Below are positions 13,233 to 27,264 of a DNA stretch of 64,000 nucleotides, in pieces. The stretch comes from Sphagnum compactum. Taxonomy: Eukaryota. Position 1 is the stretch's first letter. The number at the start of each line of letters is the position of its first letter. Position numbers and translations under genes: made by a program. Under the pieces are notes generated by a model. The model had not been told where the DNA came from. It was given only the letters and a program-made list of their open reading frames with translations, and did no database searches. The stretch spans positions 8,112,213 through 8,176,212 of the forward strand of contig OZ234493.1 of NCBI GenBank assembly GCA_965153455.1. The letters run 5' to 3'.

Positions 13233-15176
13233 GAAACCTCTAATATTTTAAATTCCAAATTTTAAGTTTTTGTATTTGCAAATATAAAAACCTTCTTAAA
13301 TTTGCAAACTACCACAAACTTGCAACAAACCCCACCAAAACACCAACAAGACCTCTCCTGTCTCCAAACAATACCAACACAAAAACAACAAAACTCCTGC
13401 AATCTCCAAACTAGTACAAAACCCACAAAAACTTCTACAACTTGCAAGGTGCCACAACAACAAAACAACAACATATCAAAAACAAGAACCAAAAGAACTC
13501 TAACCACTCTTGCAGAAAGCTCCACCACCCTCATCACAAAACAAGGAACATCCAGTAGCATACAAACTTTTTTCATTACCAAACCTCAAATTGTATACAA
13601 CTACACTCTAAAACCCTACTCTGTAAACTCTAAAAACTCAATCCAATTCCTCAGGATTATAAACTAACAAGCCAAAACAACATGAGAAGACACACAACAA
13701 GATTGCAACAACACACACATCGCAAACCTTTGAAATGCACCGCCACTGGTCCATGACTCCAACCTAACCCTAAAATGCCACAAACAACCCACCCAATGTA
13801 AATGCAAAACAAAAACAAAATATCCCAAACTAGCCATCTGAACAGGGCAATTTAGTGCCAAATCCAGACCCAGTGACCTGAATGTGATAGTCTGTCCCTC
13901 TTAGGGGGGGCAAGGCCTAACAAACTCACATATGAAAAATTGATAGCGCAACATATTTGTTAGAGTAGATCCACCCACAGTCCGTGCCGAATTTGGGCCT
14001 ATCACATCACACCCAAAATCATGTGCAAATTATCTGCCTATCCCTAGAATAAACATGAAATAACGAGACAATGTAAAGCGAGGGTCCACTAAATGCCATC
14101 ATAGGAATCAATCATTGTGACTGACCAATCAAAGTCATCATATTTCTTTATCGACCTTTGTGCTAATTTACAAGTCCAAACTCAATTTCATGCTATTTAA
14201 AGGCTGAACTTCATCCAAAGTACAGTTTACAAGCCATTATACTATACTGCTACTAGTGGAGCTGCTCTTAACATCTTAACAAACAAAAGTAAAATGCACA
14301 ACAAAACATTTGAAAAGACTTAGTACAATCATCCAAAGGAAATTAAGGTTTGGCATAGTAATCAGAAGGATGTTAGCAGCCTTTGGATAATGATGATGAC
14401 TTAAATGTGTGCTACTACTACTTGCTAATCAAAGCATGAGTCACACAAACCACAACCCATTGAAAAAGTACCCACCTCAGTTGTTGCAGTTGTTGATGAT
14501 GATGAAAACCGCAACATGTCAGTTTGTTGTTCAAAATGTTAGTTTGTGTTCTAAGTAGAGCCTCTAATTTGAGGAGTCATCAGATTCAGTCGGTGAGCAT
14601 GATGATGATGACAACAACTCCCACAAATGAGTCCCCACCACCATGGGGAATCAAACCCATCAACACGTTTATGAAATTGCAGAGAAATCTAAGGACAGCA
14701 ACAATTTGAAAGCAACATGACAGTGAGTGCTCTCTTAACCATGTGAGAGTCCCTCACAAAGTGTCAAACCATTGCCTTGATCACAAATAGCAGTGCTGTG
14801 CCACAATGACCACCTACTGACTTCATCAGCTCGCTACAATGGGTATAGATAAGTATATAATCAACACACCTCATAAATTCACTCCGTGTACATATATATG
14901 CCAGGCACAACCTTTTACTGATGCCTCTGTGAATCACACCTGCATTTGTTGCAATCAGACCGCATTTCTTCAGGGAGCTTTGACTACTGCTACAAGATGA
15001 CAAAAGCCTCTTCTAAGGAACTTGAAGTGTGGACAGAAGGACGTGAAAAAGACACACAATGGCTCAAGAAGGCTATGTCGCACCCCATGGGTTTTGCAGC
15101 AAAATACAAGGGCCACCAAGTTTTTGGGTGGTGGAAAATATCAGCCCACAGTTTGGCTGACATTATTAAATGACTC

Positions 15177-18100
15177 TCAGTACCCATAGCTAGTGTTGTA
15201 ATGTGAAGTATAGGCAGCTGTGGTAGGGCCAGTGGCAGGATTGGTTGGGTACATGGATGCCTGTGTAGGATATGAGCTGTAGCTTGTGTCCACTGCATTA
15301 CTGTAAGCAGCTTGTGGTGCCCCTGTGGCTCCAGACATGAAATTCTGCATCCACCCCGGTAACATATTTAAAAAACAATTTAAGCTACCATATAATTTAG
15401 TACCCATGAATTTTTCAGAAATGCATTGCTCTCACCATACCCAAGCTATCTCCTGAACACAAGGTAAATTAATGTCCTCTCATTAGTATATATGTAATCA
15501 GGGAAGTTGTTCACCATCCAATTGCAAAACAGCCAACAAACAGTAGCTTCATAGAACCTGTTGAAGCTTTCAGTTTCTAGCAGTCCACATGCATTGATTA
15601 CTCTTCATGGACTGAAATTTCAAGTTTCCTAAAAGGTATGTTAGAGATGAAGTGACTGTCTGCACATGAGGGAGGTCTGGTATACAAGGCATTCCTTGCA
15701 GAAATGGCTTGAGATAAATATAACAATGCAGCTGAGTAAAGAATAGTCTGAAGACAGCAGCCTCAGTGGATTATATCCCTTTCCTATATTGAGTGCAAAA
15801 CTAGATAATTGAATCCCCTTGAGAACCCTGACATCTGTGAGCAGTTCCAGACTAGAGACTCTGCATCAACTCTTACTTCTGACACTATCCTGTGATGTCA
15901 TAGTGTGGCAAAAATGCATTGAAGGGGTCAAATCGAAGCACAATCAACACATGCTGTTTAATTCACAGCAAAGTGACTAAAAGTCAGGACTGCCAAGTAA
16001 ATCATCTACCTAAGTAAGCATCAAAAATTAGATCACAGCAATTCTCAGCTCATAAATTCAATTCTGATGTCACTGTGGGATATCATCCAGACTGAGAAAA
16101 CATGTATTGATAAGCAAACTGGCCAGGAGGATATTGAGATGAAAAGAGATGGGCTGAACCATACCTGGACAAGCTGCTGTGCTGTCTGAACTTGAGAGGC
16201 ACTACCATGGATTTCAACTGTCATCTCACCAGGGACACCTCGAGTCTCCTGTATAGTTATAGTTGCACCACTAGTGTGTCGCATGTAACTGATGTTAGTC
16301 CCTGCAGTCCCAATCACAGCATCTGCATATGACAATGGGATCTGCATATGCTGTGTCACCTGCCATTGCACAGTCCTCCACTTATTTGGGTGTGTCCAAC
16401 TATATGCTCCCCTCTTTGGTGCTCTTTCAAAATACAGTGCAACTGAGACTTTCAGATGATGCACAGAATCATGGTGAACATTGGAGATCATTCAAACTCT
16501 TTTGACATGTCTGCAACTGAATCTCTGGACACTTGAAGTGACCATAGAACCTCCTCGGTCACACTTCAATCTTGAAGGAGAGAGAGGATGAGTCACTACC
16601 ACTCTTCTACAGTCCTATGAACCTGCTATTCAGAGCATCCCATACAGCAATTGTGCAAGAAATTGTTTAAAAACATTACAGTAGGGAGGGAGGGATCAGA
16701 ACCTGAGTTATGACAGGGGTGGGGGGAGGGGCAGCAACAGAGGTCATGCTGGGATCACGGCCATACATGGACACACCATGGTGATGGTGCTGATGCAGAT
16801 GATCCTGCTGCTGTTGTTGATGGTGTTGTGACAGATCAGCTGCCGGTTGGGGGTAGTAAGCTGTGTCATTGGTACTTGCATAGCTGGGTGCCTGCTGTTG
16901 CTGCTGATGCTGCATTCCTGTATTGCTGGGCTGCCAAGCTGATGGTGCACTTTGTTGTTGTTGACTTGTCATGGCTCGCTGCACAAAATTGACACTATCA
17001 AGATCCAACCTCACACACCTGACCAACTAGAGGTTTTCAACACAATGCTGTGTAGTTCACAGGACTGGAGATGTAAGACTAGACCTATTGGTCACAAACA
17101 ACACATTTGACAGCAGATGAAATCTTTCTGGCCTCATAAACATTAAAGCATGATGGAATGAGTGGGGGTAGCATCAACATAGACATTAGACCTACATTGA
17201 GTTCAAAGAGGGTGAGCACACTGCGGTCCACAAGAAACTTCCGGAGATGAGAGACCACCATTTCCATGGCACGCTGCACAAGCCGTGCTTCACCCTGTAT
17301 CTCCACTACTCTGTCATCAGACAATGCACACAGAGGCAAGTCCTCTGCACCCCATCACCCCTCCTCCTGTCACACCTTCTCTTCATCTCCCTCAAAATTT
17401 ACATCTTTAATTCCCCATTTGGTCACAGACAAGATACACCTCCTGATGATAAAGCAGTCCTCAAAGTTTGACTCCACCTTAACTCTCACTACAGGACTCT
17501 CCCTTCACCAATATCGTATAACTTCTATGCTGCATCTGTCTGAGTAGATGAAAGTCCAGCAAGAACTGCTTTCTCAGTAGCCATAAGGACGTGAAGGAAA
17601 AAAAATTCCTTTGTGTGCATTCGGGTTATTGATTTTGTTGATTGAACAGAGATCAAACTGATTCAAGACATATCTTGGAACTCTTGATTTTCTACCAAGA
17701 GCCTGCAACCCTCATGTATATACAAAGGTGGAGTTTGCACAAAAACATCAGAGAAACAAAAAAAGTGTCACCCATTAGAGATGCTGAAAATGCAGCTACT
17801 CAAAGAGGATGAAAATTTTACCTGGAGGAAGAACCCTGACAGTTGCTCCTGATGCATCTTGGATGGACTTAATGGTTGCACCCTGACGTCCAATAAGACT
17901 GCCAGCCTGCGTAGCTGCTACCAAGAGACGGGATGCAACAGGACCTCCTCCGCCAGCAATCTCACCATCAGTTGTCGTTTCTGGTTCAGAGCCTTCAATT
18001 ACCCGTCTGTGCACTCGCAGAAGACCCTCCATTGCTGGTGATATAATGGCATCTGGCTCCTCTCTAGCTGATACCAAAACCTGCAAAATTGTATACACAT

Positions 18101-19221
18101 TCCAATCAATCCTCCCCACCAGTCAGGGTGAAATGCAACCCCGTAAAACAAACAAGAGCAACCGATGTACTGCACAGAACAATACAACAAGAGCAACTGA
18201 TGCAATTCACAGGACAATAAAAACAAGAGCAACCATTGCACTTCACAGAACAATACCAACAAGCAAGAGCAACCATGCCCACTCACAAAAAAATACCAAC
18301 AGCACATATACCCTCCGTGGCTGTAAAGAGCACCAAACCCTAAACCTTGTCAACTGAGCAGTGCCATAGTAAGTGCTGCTCCTGCAAAGCAAAAATCTAC
18401 GAAGTAGGTACCAATGCACAAGAAAGTGGCCTATGTGTGCATCAACTCTTTCTGCCTCGAGTTTTCTGTTGCTGTCTGTTTCAATTTCTCATTCTTCTTC
18501 CTCTCCCCATGTGTGTGCATGCAATTTTTCTCAAGACTGATTGCGAGTTTATGCAAGAGAAGGAAGAGGAGGAGGAGCATACAATACGCTCGGGAGTTCC
18601 TGGAACGCCTTCCAGTATTTTGATTCGCGATCGTGTGTCCTCGCACATCTTCTTCACAAACTCTCCCTTGCGTCCTATGATACCTCCCACCTTCTGCACA
18701 GGCACCATCAAACGGAACGCATTGTCCCCTGGCCATCCTGACCACTTCTTGTCTGCCTCTTTCTCCTGCTCATCCCTATCCCTCTTCTGCGAAACCGATA
18801 TTCCTCCATCCTTCTGCTGCACCTCTTCTTCTTGCTGCTGCTGCTCTTGCTCCTGCTCTTGCGATAATAATGCCGCAGGAGCTATAACTCCCTCAGGCTG
18901 CTCCTCAGGTTGTTGCACTTCCAGTCCCGTTCCTTCTTCTTCATGATGAACTTCTTCCACCACCGTCTGTACCACCACCTGCTGTTGCACACCATCTCCT
19001 TGCAAAAACTCCTCAACTTTCTCCTGAAAAGAAACTCCCGACTGAATGCTTTCTGGCTCATCTACCACCAACTCTGGCTGCTGCTGCTCCTGCTGGAACT
19101 GGAGCTCTTGAAGTTGCAATTCCTCAGCACCTTGATGAAACTCGACATCTTGCTGTTGCTCCTCTTCTGCTGGTACTGCATCAGCAGCAGATCCTGCCGC
19201 TGGTACGGCCACCTCCTCCAT
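15177..19221 (-). CDS. Triple KH-domain RNA-binding protein, FLOWERING LOCUS K / PEPPER-like
   Basis: Six exons with GT-AG borders: 19221-18583, 18080-17822, 17344-17196, 16978-16703, 16359-16165, 15344-15177. KH1 [16 protein letters not shown]...[25 protein letters not shown]2 [31 protein letters not shown]3 [34 protein letters not shown]. Acidic/Gln-rich N-terminus. Confidence 0.93.
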
Positions 19222-19520
19222 CGTCGAGAGAAGAGAGACACACAAAATGCTCTCTCTCTCTCGCTCGCTCTCTCTCTCTACCTACCCTACGCAAGTACGG
19301 TTCTCAAGAAATTGCAAAACTGCGCAAAAAACAAGAAATGTGCAAACCGAAGAAGCCAGTGTTACTCACAATCGCAACGACGACGACGACGATCCCGTCG
19401 CGCTTTCTTTGTTCTTCATCTACGACGCCTTCGTCGTCCACCATTAAGCGTCCAAAGCCCAACGGCTACGCCAGGATGAGAGGAGGTGGAAAAAACAGTT
19501 GTTCATCCACGCGCGAGTGC
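19222..19520. promoter_or_regulatory. Probable compact bidirectional promoter region between the KH gene and the COMMD gene
   Basis: Head-to-head gene arrangement, (CT)n/(GA)n tracts, site-II-like AGCCCA at ~19456, and GC-rich UTR-like sequence on both sides. Confidence 0.35.
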
Positions 19521-20516
19521 GGGGACGAGGAGGAGGAAGAACAGGAGCCGGGGAAGGAGGAGAAGAAGAGGAGGCGAAGGAGAGCTCCGATTCAGCTTGT
19601 TGTGTGCGGGGTGTTCGCTGTTGTTGTAGTAACGAGGCGCGTGGAAGTTGGAAGTAGCAATGGCTTCTCTGGAGGAGGAGCTTTGCATTCCTGGCTTCCT
19701 TGCTACTGCAGATGCGCGAGGTTCGTCGGGGTTTTCATCTTTTTCTCTCTCTATTCCAGCTCTCTAGCTTTCCAGGTTTTCTTGTGAACTCTGTCTGTCT
19801 CTGTCTCGGGGCCTGGACTGGCGTTCGTATAGCACGAGGAGCTTCGGTTTCTCTGGAAGAAATTGTTGGGTTTTGGTGCACATGTTTTGTTTTGCGACTT
19901 AGGCAATTCTGCTTGTCAGGAAGCAAGGTGCTTTGGGATGTTACCAGGATGTGCAGCAGCAGCAGCAGCAGCAGCAGGCCTGAGATGGTAATCCAGTTGG
20001 AATGGCAACAGTTTCTTCTCTAGCAAGGGGGGAGGAGGAGGAGGAGGAGGGGGGAGGGGTTGAGAATTGCATGATCCTTCTGATGATGATGATGAGGAGG
20101 AGCCGAAATTTGTGTTTTTGTGTGTGTTTCTGGCTTGATTTCCTGATCCAGAAAACCACGAACCGTCCTCATGTCAAGCTTGTGCCTCTGTGATGTCTTT
20201 GATATCCAGGAAACCCGTGTTTTGTTTTTCTGATTGGCTATTGTCCCTTTCTTGAATGCTCATCAACCCTCGTGACTCTGAGTCTTCTCTGTTGCTTCCA
20301 CGAGTGCAACAGAAATGCAGATTTCTGTACAAGTATTTGAAGAAAATTTTGCACAGATATTTGTATACTACATCTGTACACCCTGCCCATCAGTAAACTG
20401 ATGAAGTTACTTGGGAGTCATGGCATCTACTTGCTGCTATTCTTGATTATATTGATGATGATGATGGTTTGATGACGCTCGTGAAGGTGTGGTTATGACA
20501 GCACTGATTCTTTGTC

Positions 20517-21396
20517 ATGTTAGTTGTGGTATTTCTGGAACTGACACAAGAGTTACATGCCCTTTTAAAAAGTGTTGTTGTGGAGGTTTTTACTCTCTGC
20601 AATCTCACAGATTTGGATCTGAAGGCGTGTAGTATCTATGGGTGTATGTACTCCTGCAGTTGCACAAGAGTTTGGGGTGATAGCGCTAGAGCGGGTTGTG
20701 ACTGGGAAGACAGGGATGCGAGGGTTTGGTAAGGCAGCCAAAGTGTTGCAAATTAGTGTGGAGGAAGTGGAGCAGGGAGTTGCATCCCTGACAACTGTGC
20801 TTGCTCGTTGTGTGCGCTACTACTTGCCACGATCACAGCAGCTGCTGCTGCTGGCTGATGCAGGCCTGCAAGAGGTTGCGAGAGAAGCTTTGGCAGACCT
20901 ATTGACTGAGCGCCAAGAGGAGCTCTATGGTGAGATTCCGTCAAGTGTGGCCTCATATCGCAACCTAAATTGGCGCCTCGACATTCAGGTATCACCACAA
21001 CCACCTCAAATGAAGGGGAAGGAGGTACTCATATCAGTATTTTAGTCTGATCAGACAGGAAGAAGAGAACTTGGTTTCTGATGTTTGAGAACAAGGTTGA
21101 GGAGAGTGCTCATCCCACTGCACAGGGAGTTCCATCATCTTGCTAACTGAAAACTCTCTCTCTCTTGAAGACAGTATTATCAAGACTTCGAAAGGATGTT
21201 CATTTTGCAGGTAGCAAGCAGAAGTCTCCAGCAGCAGTCCAGGCCATCTTATCTGTTGGCACTTGCAACAAGTAATGGGGTGAAGCATATGGAAGCAGAT
21301 TTTAGTGTGCTTAAGGAGGTCTGTGCACAATTAGAAGCTGCACTTGCAGAATCACGGAGTGCCTACAGCCGGCGTTTCCAACGCTTTAACAAGTGA
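20517..21396 (+). CDS. COMMD2: COMM domain-containing protein, COMMD2-like (Commander/CCC complex subunit)
   Basis: Exons 20660-20988 and 21211-21396 (GT-AG). First exon uncertain (MLVVVFLELTQELHALL from 20517). VAQEFGVIALE...GFGKAAKVLQISVEEVEQGVASLTTVL...SYRNLNWRLDIQVASRSLQQQSRP...LEAALAESRSAYSRRFQRFNK matches the COMMD2 pattern as recalled (EFGRIAVE...YHNLEWRLDVQLASRSLRQQ...LEQALEE). Confidence 0.8.
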
Positions 21397-22329
21397 TGGC
21401 TTCAGCTCTGTATTGTTCATGTGCATACTCTACCTCAAGTTAGGTAATTCCAAACCTGTGAATCAGCATTAAGTGCCCTGATGGAGAATGGATGGTGCTT
21501 AACAGTCGTACTCCAGGCAGGCTGGTATTTTTTGACAATTGATTCAAGTAGCCCAGAAACCTGAATGGGCATTTATGGTCACTGTTGCAGAATAGGTTTA
21601 TTTAGGCAGATGGAAAATGGACATTCTCCATGTTGTGAAGGTCATAGCCAAAAATAATGGGCCTCACCCTTGCCCATTATGTTGGGTGTGTTTCCTAGCT
21701 CACCCTAATGGGCTTGACTTGCACCTTACCCAGCATAATGGGCAGGTACAGAAACACCACCCATAAGAGACCCTACAGTTTAAACACTGTGCCAGCTCTA
21801 AAATGTGTACATGAACTTCAGTTTGCTGTTTTCCAAGGAATCAGTCAGTGGACAAGTTGTGATCCTTGGGTAGTATATGTTATAACAAGTTCTTCGAGGG
21901 TGAAAGTATGTTTTTTGTAGGGTAAAATCCCAGGCCGCAAGATTTACTGTAATAAGGGCTCGTGAGAGGCAAGCTGAGTGCAGGCCTGTTTCTGGTGAAG
22001 CCAAGGACTTCACTGAGTGTAAAGACCTGCTCCGATGTGGTTTTTGGTATGATACCCGGGCGGGTACCACAGAAATACATGCCATTTTGAAAAGTGGAAT
22101 GCCTGCCAGATAATTAAGGTGTGCTCTAATTACAAAAGCAGGTCTTTATGCACTCTAGGGTATGGCAAGGCTGCATGGAATTTTCATTTATCCCACAATA
22201 GTTCCTATAAGGACCAAAACATACAATTGTCCTTTTTAATTTAATGGAAATTTTTTATTCAAAAACATTTGTTGTAACGTTTGTTTAATATAATATATTT
22301 ATAAGAGGAGTTGAAGTTTGTGATAGGAG

Positions 22330-24450
22330 TTGGCAAAGAGTTCCACATCTCCAACATGTGTGTAAAGGATTTTTTGAATCATCTTCATCACATCTCCTTG
22401 AACTTTATTCTTGATGTGAGCCTCCTATTGTTGGAATCATTCTTGTTGTGTCTTATCATTGTCCTCTCTTACAAGATCAAGTCTTACCCTATCATGAATT
22501 GAATGATTCTAAAGTAGATGGACCTTCCAAGTCACCAAAGGGGAACTTATCTTCCTCTCCTTCCCATTGGACGCCTAAATGCTTTAGCACGGAGAAAAAA
22601 ATGAGGTTCTTCATGAGGTTCCTCATGACAAATCAGCAAATTTGGTAATTTCATGATGTAGTATCAAGATTGAGTTCTTGTAGACCCACCCAAGATGTGA
22701 GATCCTCAATTACCTTAAGATTGGCTTGAACAAACACAATCCTTTTCATTTGTTGCATTAATGACCTCTTCATTTTCTTTGTTTGAACCATGTAAAATGT
22801 GCTCCAATTTTGTTCACAAATAGATACACTACAATCTTGTGACATTCTAAGTGTTGAATTCTGGACGCATGTTTGCCATATTTCTCCCACCATATAATTG
22901 GTTGAAACATGTGATCCAAGATGCCTCACTTTGATCACAAAATTTGGAAAAGCAATTTTGGTGTAGGCAATGAGCATTTGTCTTTTGTAGCATTTTGTTC
23001 CACAACATTTGGCGGAAAAGAAATCTTGATGTAAGCAAGCAACCCTTCAACAACTTTGGTGGAATAAAATTATTCTTTTGTTTTCACAAAGGATTTAAAA
23101 GGATTGTAATTACATGGATAGGTTTGTGTAAACTTTCCCCATGCAAAGCTCATATTTGTCTCATGTCAAAAAAATCGATAAGAAGGTTCCCCTAATTTGG
23201 TCATGAATATATACAAAAGTTCAATTATACAACTTTTTTTGTTAATGAGGTGTAAAACAAAATGGAAAGGTTGTAAATCTAGCACCATAGCTTAAGTGAC
23301 CTTTGAGTAATTATTAGATAATACATCTAGCTCAAAAGATCATGCCTCTAAACTTTCATGTTTGCCAAACATCAAATATCACCACTTGCCTTAAAGTCTT
23401 ATGCGCATTCACCAAATGTTCAAGGACAATGAACATATAATCATATTTGAATACAAATTTCACCAACTTTCTCATCATGGTGATTATTTTTTTAACCCAA
23501 GGAAACTTCTCAATGTCTTGCATTATCAAATATAAATAATGAGTCACACATGTTGTTGTGTAAACAATGTGCAAGTATTCCATCATGACCATTGCACCCA
23601 TGGCCTTACAATGATAACCATTATCAATGACAATTTGTCTAACATTCATTAGTCCTATATCAAAGATGGCTTACTCATGTGACCATAAATATAAACTACA
23701 ATTGTAAGTGTCATAGCCAATTTTGTAGAATCATAAATTGTTCACCAAAAAATAATGCTCACACACAAGTTGAAAAAATCATGTTAATAATGTTGTTTTC
23801 TTAATGACAAACCAACCATTTGTCACAATCAAACATCCATACTTTGCTCAAGTTGATCTTATGCACTTCAATTTTTTGCTTCACATCTACAACCTCTTCT
23901 TGTAAATCACAAGTTCAAACTTTTTCCTTTTGTGATTAAAATAATCATCATTGGTTAATGCAACAATTATTATCATGGACTTCCAAACACGGGTGTCAAT
24001 TAGATGAAAAACAATGTTCCATTTATAATAATTTTTATTTATTTTTGCCTTTTATTTCAATGCATAAGTGTCACGTTGCACCACTTGAAACCAAGTTTGT
24101 TTTACCTTGTTTAAAAGTTGAACCTCTTCATGTAACTTGAATCGATGTGCCATGTCCCAAACCTTCATTAGTTCCTATCACATTAAAATGATTGAATTAT
24201 CAATAAATGTTCATTTCTCCTTTTAATGATGTAAATATCCCAAATATACATGCAACATTTTGAAGGATATTTGAACAATATATAATTGTATACCTCACCA
24301 AATGAATTGTAATCTTTGTCCCACTCGTTGTGAATTCACCTTAATGATTTTAATGCCCTATGCCTAATGGACTTACATATCCATTGAGCTTGATGACGTG
24401 TTTATGGTAAACATCCTTTGGTTAGTCGAACTTATTTAAATGAATATTAT
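22330..24450 (-). mobile_element. Degenerate hAT transposase remnant (DUF659 plus hAT C-terminal dimerisation domain)
   Basis: NVRQIVIDNG...TTCVTHYLYLIMQDIEKFPWVKKII (23356-23649); RMSQDCSVSICEQNWSTFYMVQTKKM...IVFVQANLK (22700-22850). Many stops; TIRs not identified. Confidence 0.8.
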
Positions 24451-27264
24451 AAAAAGAGATGGTTGAATCAAAACATGTTAATAAAAGCTAATGGAGTACC
24501 TCTTAAAAGGACTACATGTTTTTTTTTAAAGTCCTTTCAACTTTTTCATATAAAGGAATTTTTGAATGAAATCTTTTGCAACTTGTTATTAAAAATATTG
24601 ATAGTTGTCTTAATACATCACATGATTTTATTTATTTTTATCTTTGTTGAATAACTATGAATATTTTAAATGTGCGCAAATTTTGTTAGATTTTGCATTT
24701 TGCTTTGAAAAATGATCATGATTTCAAATCATTCCAATATATGCTAATTAACTTAGGCTTTCGTTTTTGTATCATAAGCTACAAATTTCTTTTATATGTC
24801 ACATACATTACATCACATTTACATGTGGTAAAAGGCCTTTTGAAAATTTGAATACATTGAAGTTTTGAATTTTCAAATTTCATAAATTTTTAATTATGAA
24901 TGTTTTATGAATGTGCGTAATAGGTTACAATCATCTTTATTTTTTACCATCAAAATTATTTTATTAAGATGGTTTTAAACATAATCCTTTAAATTTTTTG
25001 ATTGCTTATAATGTAATTATTGTTTAAGTTCAAATTCTTTTTACTATAATCAAAACCGAACACTAAATTGAATGAATTTTTAACTTGAATTTCAAAACAC
25101 TCATATTAATCATTTAACACAATTTGGAATGATTATCATAATTTTAAAATTCAAAATAAAAACACATCTATTATAGTTTGCAATTTTCAATGACTCTTGA
25201 CACCTTTTTGGCTCATGTTAACAAGTTTGACCCAATTCATTTCAAGTATCATCCAACCTTCATAAAAATTTCAAATCAACTCAATCATTGAAATGAAAAA
25301 AAAAAACAAAACACTTTACACCTCGTAAAAATTCAGTCCTTGAAAATTAACATCATATAATATATCACACTTCATAAAAAATATTCAGCCTTTGAACAAA
25401 ACAAAACCACTCTAAACTAATCCATACCTAAAGTTTCAATTTTATGATACTCATTTTACATATCATGTATTATCAACATGAATCATGGGTTCAATACAGT
25501 GGTATTTAGAGGTTTTTCTTGAACTATGTCAAATGGTAAGGAGTAAATGGGGGTTCAACTTGCCTTTTGATTCTTAATTTTGGGGTAGCCCTACTATTGA
25601 ATTTGCTTCAATTAGCACAAGAATGAAGCTTGAAAATGAGAAAAAAGGTATTACCAGAAGATGTTCTTCCTAAAGTTTTGCCTTGACTTGATGGTAGGTA
25701 ATCACAAGTTGTCTTTCCCTTGTAAAGGTCAAAGTGAAAAACAACTCATTTCAATCAGTTATGAACTTTGATTGGTTAGGAGAAAATGGGTTTGTAAACC
25801 AGAGAGTTAAAATCATTTAAGTCGTGACCATGGCTTTAAGAATGGTATTTTTGATAACAATAGGCATAGTACTATTGCACAACGGAGTCAGCTCAAGGAG
25901 CTCAGTGCAGATGCCAAATGGCAATTCAATCTAACATGTGGGAAACTGAAAGGTATCTCATTACATGGGCTGACAACGCTGTCTTTTGCAAATTGGCATG
26001 TTGGGACAAATTGAGGTGGTAAATGGATTCTTTTGGTTCATATTATCTCTCTTAATTCGACAAATGGACTTGTTGTATTCGGTTGAACTCAGTTGAACGA
26101 TCTTCAATAAAATTGGGATTGACATTGAGAGACTTAGGGCAACAATTTAAATTAGGTTTCACCTTGCACCTGATCTCCTATCCTTGAGTTTCTGGTTCAT
26201 CGTGTGGGAATACCAATAAAAAGGTGTGTGCATGCAGCAATGTCATCAAGAAAGGGTGCCATCTTGGACAATGGGCCTTTGTTTTGCCAAGGTAAAGGTC
26301 TTGTGGCTGGTCATCATTGGCAGAGAAAGCCCTTCTTAGGAGTGCTGAGACATTGATGGACTCTGGCTGCAAACACAAACAATAAGCACATCCTTCAGTG
26401 AAAATGCCAACAAGTTGCATTGCCTCCATGATAAGATCACCTCTGCAGTAACATAACACAACTCTCTTTAACACTCAGTCTAAGTCCTCATCCAGATATT
26501 AAGAAAAGGTCATAACCTAAAAACAAGATTCTTAAAAATGCAAAGCAGGAATAATAACAGTGGGAGACATTGAAAACAGGATTTCAGAAGATTAACTTCA
26601 CCATCAGCAGTTTGATTTGTGGTTGCACCAATGTTGAATATACACTGACGCAGAATATGGAATAACTACTAAGGAATTACAAACCAGATTATTTTCTTTT
26701 CTTTTATTCATGAAATAAAAGGATTTCATAAAAGCCTTATCCTCTCATGAAAGGATAGCCTGTGAACATGTGGATACCTACCTTCCTGTATCTGGTCTCT
26801 CTCTAGTCTCAACAATGAGGGAACCATGAATGTGCCACCCCAGCAAAGCACACAGTTAGTACAAAATTGCAATAAAACGCACTAAATGGTCATCATAATC
26901 TCTTTCCATGTTGTATCTTCCTGCCTATATCCCTTGAGCTTTTGCAGTTACAAAAGGCCCAAGGATCTCATGACTACAGTGGAAAACTGGGGTTAACTTC
27001 ATAAACACCTGGTGGACCTCCTGTGCAGGGTCTGGCTGTATTCACAACTCTCATCACTTGAAGGCATTCTCGTATCTAACTGCTGCTGTCCATCTGCACA
27101 ACACAAGTACATCAAGTCATGGTTAGGAGCTTATGAAGGATCTCACCTGAAACTTCCAAACAAAATGAAAATGATGTAAGTCTCCAACAAGAATAGATCA
27201 GAATCCTGATTACAAAGTAGGATAAATGAGTCTTGAGTCAATGCAAAGAAACTGAGCCAAGTAT

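Larger units (their letters stand above)
3787..13920 (+). mobile_element. Degenerate Helitron (rolling-circle) element; boundaries tentative
   Basis: Internal Rep and helicase motifs (next feature). Candidate 5' end A|TC at 3786/3787. Candidate 3' GC-rich hairpin tgtccctcttagggggggca followed by aggcCTAA (CTRR) at ~13893-13920. Confidence 0.55.

Noticed and set aside
13262-13667. Overlapping Thr/Gln-rich and Val/Cys-rich ORFs
   Set aside because: Low-complexity CA-rich TE subterminal sequence with no domain.
18347-19479. Long + strand ORFs (199 aa and 189 aa)
   Set aside because: Antisense shadows of the Glu/Gln-rich first exon of the KH gene.
22150-25600. TIR/TSD pair for the first hAT remnant
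   Set aside because: Only a weak match (tagggtatgg vs ccataccta) and no 8-bp TSD.
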